The notes under the pieces: model-generated
The model's database searches: none
Seen by the model: only the letters and a program-made list of their open reading frames with translations
Told to the model about the DNA's origin: nothing
NCBI GenBank assembly: GCA_038741355.1
Contig: JAVYLC010000014.1
Span: 10,947 to 34,946 of the forward strand
Origin: Nitrososphaerota archaeon
GTDB lineage: Archaea > Thermoproteota > Nitrososphaeria_A > Caldarchaeales > Calditenuaceae
DNA length: 24,000 nt
Direction: 5' to 3'
Shown: in pieces, positions 8,692 through 13,509 of the stretch
Layout: every line of letters starts with the position of its first letter
Position numbering within the stretch: the first letter of the stretch is position 1
Program-made: the position numbers and the translations under genes

Positions 8692-9044
8692 CCATCAGCC
8701 TCTACCTGCAGCTTCTCCTGGCGTATAGCCTTGAGAGCGGCCTCAACCGTGTCTGGGTCTACCCGCCTGTAGACACTTACCTTCAGGGAGTCAAAATTCC
8801 AAATAATTTTGGAATTCTCCACCGAATACTCAGTCTCGATCCTCACAATGTCGCCTTTAGAGAGTACCAGCTTCTCGACTAGGGCGGTGTATAGCTTCTG
8901 GTTCAGCTCTCCCGCAGCTCTAGCCACCTCACTAGCCTCGAGTAGGCCAGTCTTTAACAGCTCCCTGTTCTGTGCAAAGAGTGTCCTGCGAATCTTAGTA
9001 GCATAGTACCCCACAATTACTATACCGGTCCGGAGCTTCGGCAA
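8688..9044 (-). CDS. conserved-looking small hypothetical protein (118 aa), function unknown
   Basis: TTG start preceded by GGTGG (SD-like) 8 nt upstream. The frame is uninterrupted with protein-like composition, and it is translationally coupled (ATGA overlap) to the HTH-ThiN gene. I recognise no motif in it. Confidence 0.55.
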   Translation of the reverse strand: MPKLRTGIVIVGYYATKIRRTLFAQNRELLKTGLLEASEVARAAGELNQKLYTALVEKLVLSKGDIVRIETEYSVENSKIIWNFDSLKVSVYRRVDPDTVEAALKAIRQEKLQVEADG

Positions 9045-9172
9045 GGTCAGACCACCTAATATAAATATAGTAAAAGGTGCCGATATATATTATTACCAAC
9101 CCTTCCACTGGCGAATACGCCAGCTAAGCCAGACCTCAAGACTTATCGGGGAGCACGAGCTTTATAGCCACG

Positions 9173-10564
9173 ATGAGCAGGATAACGGGGGAGCTCTGGA
9201 ACAGAATCAATGAGAAGAGGGAAGAGTATCTACAGGTTTTGAAGAGTCTACTGAGCTTTCCAAGCGTCTCGGCCACGGGTGAGGGGATGGATGAAGCTGC
9301 AGACCGTGTGGTAGAAGTGTTGGAGAAGGTGGGGCTCAGAGCTGAAGTGTTCACCGATCATGGAGGGTACCCAGTTGTGTGGGGGGAGCTGAGAGAGGAG
9401 CGGCACGGCACTCTTCTAATCTATAACCACTACGATGTTCAGCCACCCGACCCTCTCGAGAAATGGACCTCACCACCCTTCCAGCCATCCATCAGAAATG
9501 AAAGAGTATATGCTAGGGGTGCGTGTGACAACAAGGGGAACCTAGCAGCAAGGCTGTGCGCCATAGACCTCTTACTAGATGCTATCGGCGAGGTGCCCCT
9601 GAACGTTAAGTTTCTAATTGAGGGTGAGGAGGAGATAGGCAGCCCAAACCTCAGCAAATTCTTCCAGAACCATAGAGAGATTCTCAGCGCTGATGCTTGC
9701 CTCTGGGAGATGGGCGGCACCAGCGCGGACGGTAGGCCGCTCATCTACCTCGGAGCCAAAGGCATACTGTACCTGGAGTTCCACGCCTCAGAGAGGAGGT
9801 CGGACCTTCACTCATCTTGGGGCGCGATCGTGCGGAACCCTGCATTCGAGCTCGTCCACCTCCTCTCCAGCATGAGGGATAGAGATGGGCGCGTATTGAT
9901 TGAGGGATTCTACGAGGATGTTCAAATGCCTGATAGCGAGACTCTCGCGTTACTAGATGAGCTGAGCTGTTTCGAGTCTGAGGCCAGAGCCATCGCAGGG
10001 GAGGATGGGCTCCTATCGAATAAATCTGCTAAGGAACTGCTTATCGACCTCACCCTCATGCCATGCATCAATATCTGCGGCATCCAGTCAGGCTATACTG
10101 GGCAAGGCTCAAAGACAGTTCTACCTAGTTCAGCCATCGCCAAGGTTGACATAAGGCTTGTTCCACGGATGAGCCCTGAGAGGGTACTGGAGCTCATAAA
10201 GGGACATGTAGAGAAAGTGAGCAGCGGTAGAGTCTCTGTTGTGCCTTCAGACATGGGCTACCCAGCCGCTAGGACTCATCCTAGCGAGCCCTTTGTCAAG
10301 CTTGTAGCTAAAACAGCGGAAGCTACATACGGCTTGAAGCCGATTATCTACCCCTCCGCAGCGGGCTCGGGTCCAATGTACCTCGTCACCGACCTTCTAC
10401 AGATGCCCTGTGTGGCAGCCGGTATTGGAGACCATCAGTCAAACGTTCATGCACCCGACGAGAGCATATCGATAGAAAACTATCTGAGGGGAATACTCCA
10501 CGTCGCCCTCACCATTGTAAACTTCGTGCCATTCATGAGAGGCGGCGTCACGCCATACTTGTGA
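9173..10564 (+). CDS. M20 family metallopeptidase (DUG1/CNDP-like dipeptidase or ArgE/DapE/CPG2 relative)
   Basis: 463 aa. LLIYNHYDVQPPDPLEKWTSPPF...VYARGACDNKGNL...IEGEEEIGSP are the metal-binding and catalytic motifs of M20A peptidases. Confidence 0.85.
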   Translation: MSRITGELWNRINEKREEYLQVLKSLLSFPSVSATGEGMDEAADRVVEVLEKVGLRAEVFTDHGGYPVVWGELREERHGTLLIYNHYDVQPPDPLEKWTSPPFQPSIRNERVYARGACDNKGNLAARLCAIDLLLDAIGEVPLNVKFLIEGEEEIGSPNLSKFFQNHREILSADACLWEMGGTSADGRPLIYLGAKGILYLEFHASERRSDLHSSWGAIVRNPAFELVHLLSSMRDRDGRVLIEGFYEDVQMPDSETLALLDELSCFESEARAIAGEDGLLSNKSAKELLIDLTLMPCINICGIQSGYTGQGSKTVLPSSAIAKVDIRLVPRMSPERVLELIKGHVEKVSSGRVSVVPSDMGYPAARTHPSEPFVKLVAKTAEATYGLKPIIYPSAAGSGPMYLVTDLLQMPCVAAGIGDHQSNVHAPDESISIENYLRGILHVALTIVNFVPFMRGGVTPYL

Positions 10565-10624
10565 TACTCCCAGCCTGAGGTTTAGGGTATTTAAAGCGGT
10601 ATTTAGATGCTGCCTGCTGTGCTA

Positions 10625-10629
10625 TTTTT
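10625..10629 (+). terminator. oligo-T tract, candidate archaeal terminator of the M20 gene
   Basis: A T5 run about 60 nt downstream of the stop codon (10562..10564). Archaeal RNA polymerase terminates at oligo-T. No other evidence. Confidence 0.3.
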
Positions 10630-10999
10630 GATGCTGGCATACCAAGCGGCTTGAAATTTGGCGGCTCTTTCCCTATTCCTCCGAATCTGTACTTCATCAC
10701 TACTCAGACCCTACCACTCGCTATCCTCTATTCTTAGCGCTATTATTTGGCCTCCCCCCAATACCCAAGTAGGCTAATACTCAGTATTGTGTGAGGAAAT
10801 GGGCGTTCTGCATAGCCTAATCTTTGCCGTGTCGTTATTCGGTAATGGCCTTATCAACTCATAGCTGAGCATTCCGTTGAAGTATCCTTATTCTGTGGTC
10901 TTAGTGTTTGTTGTACTCTATATGGATGCCTCTGAGGGTGTGTTCCTATTGTGGCGGACTTTTACTGATATGCTATATTTCGGCGAGGTCTCTAAAGGA

Positions 11000-11007
11000 T
11001 TATAAAA
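11000..11007 (+). promoter_or_regulatory. strong TATA box (TTATAAAA, preceded by purine-rich AAAGGA) upstream of the IS110-like gene
   Basis: Near-consensus archaeal TATA. The predicted transcription start near 11031 would give a leader of about 114 nt before the GTG at 11145. That is unusually long next to the leaderless genes elsewhere in this window. The element is nearly symmetric, so it could also fire leftward. Confidence 0.4.
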
Positions 11008-11144
11008 CCCACAACCATGCCCTACAGTTATGACTAATGTTGGTGCTGACTGCCCACGCGTGGTGACGCCTATGGTTAGGCAAGGGGGCGGAAGGGCCTG
11101 TACCCAGCCCTCTCGGTAAGACAGAGGCTCGTGAGGGCGAAGGG

Positions 11145-12016
11145 GTGGCTAGGAAAACTAGAAGGTTCTTCGTTGACGTCCATAGGAGGGTTGAGAAGAG
11201 ACCCCACATGGTCTTCGACGGTGTGGGATTCGAGAGGGTTAAGAAATTGTCGTAGATTGAGGCAGAGGATGGTGATGAAGTGTATGTTGACAGCCTGCCT
11301 GTGGAGGTCTACCATATCGTCCTTAAGCTACTGAAACGAGGGGTCAGGGTGTCCGCCCTAAGAAGGAGAGACATCCTATCCAAGCTGAGGGCTGAAAATA
11401 GTGTTAAGAAAACCGATGAGAACGATGCGAAGATTTTATCGAAGATAGATAACACCTACTATCGAGAGCTACGTGAAGACGAGATAGAGTCCGGGATTAT
11501 GTTGCAGAAGTACCATAATGTCCAAAAAGTTCTCAAATTGGCAAAACAATTAGATAGTGATGGAAAGGTCATCAATCAACTGAGGAGGACAAAGCGTAGG
11601 TTAATGAAGATGATAATTGATAAGGCTGAGGAAATAGTGCCGAACTACATAGTGGTTGTTGAGAGGCTGCAGCTATCCCGTAAAAGTCCCTACAGCAGAG
11701 TCGCTTTAGCAGAACTCCTCTTAAGCGTTGACTTCGATAGAGGATTTAAAAAAAGATAAAGTCCTATCTAGAGTTACACGACAAAGCCGGAGAACGATAC
11801 AATCATCGACTGAGACGGGCGGTGCAAAGCGTCGCCATTGGCTACTATGGAAGGTTAAAGATTTCACCAAAGGAGACATTAGAGGTGGTGAAGATGATCA
11901 GGGACATAGTAGGCTGTCAGCCCGACCTCCACGGCAGGGAAAAGAACCGTATGAAGGCCGGGGCGCTTTATAGATTAGTACCGAGAGTCTCCAGCTCTCG
12001 GTGCTTTACGCCATAG
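11145..12016 (+). pseudogene. IS110-family (DEDD) transposase, disrupted by an in-frame TAG (11253..11255) and a frame switch at an A7 tract (11748..11754)
   Basis: My reconstruction runs frame 0 from GTG 11145, then frame -1 after the A7 run. It reads VARKTRRFFVDVHRRV...VKKLS*IEAEDGDEVYVDSLPVEVYHIVLKLLKRGVRVSAL...KKTDENDAKILSKI...SPYSRVALAELLLSVDFDRGFKK/KIKSYLELHDKAGERYNHRLRRAVQSVAIGYY...CFTP. The blocks VDVH, YVDS..YH..L...G..V and KTDxxDAxIL fit the IS110 N-terminal DEDD domain. The blocks SYLEL....G.RYNHRLRRA fit the C-terminal Transposase_20-type domain. Total length is about 290 aa. Track ORFs 11280..11759, 11728..11973 and 11822..12016 are fragments of this gene. Confidence 0.6.
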
Positions 12017-12174
12017 TGCCACGACCTTCACGGTTCTCCCTAATGTCGTTTGGCTGGTAGCCACCAACCAATATCTCCTCGGATTTTCCTTTCATGATTT
12101 TAATTGGATGTTCCTAACCACCCCCAGGCTGCTCGCAACATATCTATAAATCCCAGAGAGCCCCAGTAGAAAAC

Positions 12175-12184
12175 AAATATATAT
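12175..12184 (+). promoter_or_regulatory. TATA box of rpl7ae
   Basis: AAATATATAT is centred about 41 nt upstream of ATG 12221. The predicted transcription start near 12207 would include the 5' arm of the K-turn hairpin. A second TATA-like element, CTATAAAT, lies at 12144..12151. Confidence 0.5.
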
Positions 12185-12212
12185 CATGCGCCAAACTGAT
12201 AAGTTCACCGGT

Positions 12213-12238
12213 GCTTAGCAATGACACCCGAGCTAAGC
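12213..12238 (+). promoter_or_regulatory. K-turn/K-loop RNA hairpin enclosing the rpl7ae start codon (candidate L7Ae autoregulatory site)
   Basis: 5'-GCUUAGC-AAU-GA-CACCC-GA-GCUAAGC-3'. A perfect 7-bp stem (12213..12219 pairs with 12232..12238) is followed by a 3-nt bulge (AAU). A GA dinucleotide (12223..12224) faces a second GA (12230..12231) that sits immediately 5' of the returning stem strand, and a 5-nt cap closes the structure. The AUG is 12221..12223. Confidence 0.55.
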
Positions 12239-12604
12239 TTCTTTGTCAAGTTTAAGACCCCGCCAGAGCTGGCGAACGCCACACTCGAGATAGTGAAGAT
12301 GGCTAGAGAGACTGGAAAGATAAGGAAGGGCGTGAACGAAGTGATCAAGTCGATTGAGAGGGGACAGGCCAAGCTGGTCGTCATTGCTGAAAATGTTGAT
12401 CCGCCGGAGATTGTCGCTTTTCTGCCGGCACTATGCGAGGAGAAAAAGATACCATATATCTACGTGACCAGAAAGGAGGACTTAGGCAGGGCCGCCGGGC
12501 TCGAGGTCTCGGCTAGCTCGGTTTCTATTATAGATGTGGGAGAGGCTAGGACGTATTTTGAGGAGATTCTAAAGCAGCTTGAGACGATCAGGCGGTCAAG
12601 TTAG
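12221..12604 (+). CDS. rpl7ae: 50S ribosomal protein L7Ae (also a C/D and H/ACA sRNP and RNase P component)
   Basis: 127 aa. [67 protein letters not shown] is an unmistakable L7Ae/L30e-fold sequence. Confidence 0.95.
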   Translation: MTPELSFFVKFKTPPELANATLEIVKMARETGKIRKGVNEVIKSIERGQAKLVVIAENVDPPEIVAFLPALCEEKKIPYIYVTRKEDLGRAAGLEVSASSVSIIDVGEARTYFEEILKQLETIRRSS

Positions 12605-12649
12605 CGTTAAATAGTTTCTGACCTATTCTTTGAGGTCGGCTAGGAAGAT

Positions 12650-12853
12650 ATGAGCAGCCCAGGGGTCCCGGCAGTTGTGGAACAGGTTGTTGGGAGGACG
12701 GGTGTTAGAGGTGATGTTACACAGGTTAGGGTTCGGATACTTGAGGGCTCCGACGCGGGGAGGGTAATTACGAGGAATGTGAAGGGGCCTGTGAGAGTTG
12801 GCGATGTCTTGATACTGATGGATACTGAGAGGGAAGCCGAGAAGATTAAGTGA
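12650..12853 (+). CDS. rps28e: 30S ribosomal protein S28e
   Basis: 67 aa. [57 protein letters not shown] matches the S28e consensus. The conserved archaeal gene order L7Ae-S28e-L24e is present. Confidence 0.95.
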   Translation: MSSPGVPAVVEQVVGRTGVRGDVTQVRVRILEGSDAGRVITRNVKGPVRVGDVLILMDTEREAEKIK

Positions 12854-12873
12854 GGGGAAGGTGCGTGCCGACC

Positions 12874-13056
12874 ATGCATACGTGTAGCTTCTGCGGGAGG
12901 AGTTTTGTCCACGGCACAGGGCTACTGCTGGTGAGAAGGGATGGAGGGTTTAACTGGTTTTGCAGCAGGAGATGCTTCGTCTACATGACGAAGCATAAGA
13001 AGGATCCGCGGAAGATCAAGTGGACCGCTTATTACGGCAAGGAGAGGAGGGCTTAG
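12874..13056 (+). CDS. rpl24e: 50S ribosomal protein L24e
   Basis: MHTCSFCGRSFVHGTGLLLVRRDGGFNWFCSRRCFVYM is the L24e zinc-ribbon pattern. I prefer ATG 12874 because GGTG lies 10 nt upstream and the N-terminal length is then typical. The longest ORF starts at GTG 12850 and overlaps the S28e stop. Confidence 0.9.
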   Translation: MHTCSFCGRSFVHGTGLLLVRRDGGFNWFCSRRCFVYMTKHKKDPRKIKWTAYYGKERRA

Positions 13057-13476
13057 CTATTCTAGAATCTCGTCCGGAGAGAAGAATATTCTATGCTCAT
13101 ACTCGTATGAGTCTGGGCTATCAGAGGCGTGTATTACGTTGTTAGTAATGTCGAGGCCATAATCGCCACGGATTGTTCCTGGGCTGGCCTTCACCGGGTC
13201 GGTAGCCCCTATCATGAGCCTAACAACCTCAATGGCGCTCCTGCCCTCAAGGATCGCAACGACAACATCTTTACCGCTGATGGAATCTATGAGAGATTGA
13301 TAGAATGGCTTTCCAAGGTGGACGGCGTAGAGTTTCTCAGCCATCTCCCTCCTAACCCTCACGAGCTTAAGTGCAGCTATCCTCAGTCCCTTCGACTCGA
13401 ATCGCGAAATAATGCTGCCCACAAGGCCTCTCGAGACCGCAATGGGTTTCAACATGATAAACGTCCTCTCAACCAT
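13057..13476 (-). CDS. ndk: nucleoside diphosphate kinase
   Basis: 139 aa. ERTFIMLKPIAVSRGLVGSIISRFE...GATDPVKASPGTIRGDYG...NVIHASDS contains the catalytic His motif NxxHASD. Its stop codon abuts the convergent L24e stop (TAG|CTA at 13054..13059). Confidence 0.95.
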   Translation of the reverse strand: MVERTFIMLKPIAVSRGLVGSIISRFESKGLRIAALKLVRVRREMAEKLYAVHLGKPFYQSLIDSISGKDVVVAILEGRSAIEVVRLMIGATDPVKASPGTIRGDYGLDITNNVIHASDSPDSYEYEHRIFFSPDEILE

Positions 13477-13501
13477 ACCAATCGCGACCTGTTAGCCGAT
13501 T

Positions 13502-13508
13502 GATATAT
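13502..13508 (-). promoter_or_regulatory. TATA box of ndk (leaderless), immediately after the carB stop codon
   Basis: The reverse strand reads GGATATATCAATC, centred about 29 nt upstream of the ndk ATG (13476..13474). This suggests ndk has its own promoter despite the 33-nt gap to carB. Confidence 0.45.
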
Positions 13509-13509
13509 C

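Larger units (their letters stand above)
10640..12150 (+). mobile_element. low-GC insertion containing a decayed IS110-family element; boundaries approximate or unknown
   Basis: My hand GC count over 10621..11040 is about 44%. One sampled line inside the transposase frame is about 37%. Two sampled flanking coding lines are about 55-60%. The insertion sits between the M20 gene's 3' region and the rpl7ae promoter. It contains the only transposase-like frames in the window. I could not find clear terminal inverted repeats or a target duplication, which is consistent with IS110 biology but leaves the ends undefined. Confidence 0.4.

Noticed and set aside
7402-9875. ORFs 7402..7611, 7454..7738, 7958..8356, 8809..9006, 9136..9354, 9439..9744 and 9693..9875
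   Set aside because: They are antisense or out-of-frame shadows of tyrS, the HTH-ThiN gene, the 118-aa gene and the M20 peptidase.
10694-10707. Reverse-strand CUGA-gua-GUGAUGA, which resembles an internal D'/C' K-loop of a C/D box sRNA
   Set aside because: There is no acceptable C box 10-14 nt upstream and no CUGA D box 10-14 nt downstream on that strand. The full sRNA architecture is therefore absent.
10793-11095. GAGGAAA (10793..10799, reminiscent of RNase P RNA CR-I) and CGGAAGG (11089..11095, reminiscent of SRP RNA helix 8)
   Set aside because: The matches stop after 7 nt (GAGGAAAUGGG, not GAGGAAAGUCC). There are no supporting helices or the other conserved regions of either RNA.
11272-11333. 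GTGATGA ... CTGA about 60 nt apart, considered as a C/D box sRNA candidate
   Set aside because: It lies inside the transposase reading frame and has no C'/D' boxes and no terminal stem. It is most likely chance.
11000-11334. ORFs 11000..11209 (-), 11076..11315 (-) and 11131..11334 (+) in the IS leader and N-terminal region
   Set aside because: A different frame (frame 0 from 11145) gives IS110 DEDD-domain blocks continuous with ORF 11280..11759. These three ORFs have no recognisable content.
12618-12653. CUGA (12618..12621) and AUGA at the rps28e start, considered as a second K-turn
   Set aside because: The sequences flanking the GA dinucleotides cannot form either the canonical or the non-canonical stem.
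12640-12912. Reverse-strand ORF of 90 aa
   Set aside because: It is antisense to the unmistakable S28e and L24e genes.
13054-13059. Convergent rpl24e and ndk stop codons abut to form the palindrome TAGCTA with zero intergenic distance
   Set aside because: This is a consequence of genome compaction. There is no additional structure or repeat around it to suggest a function.
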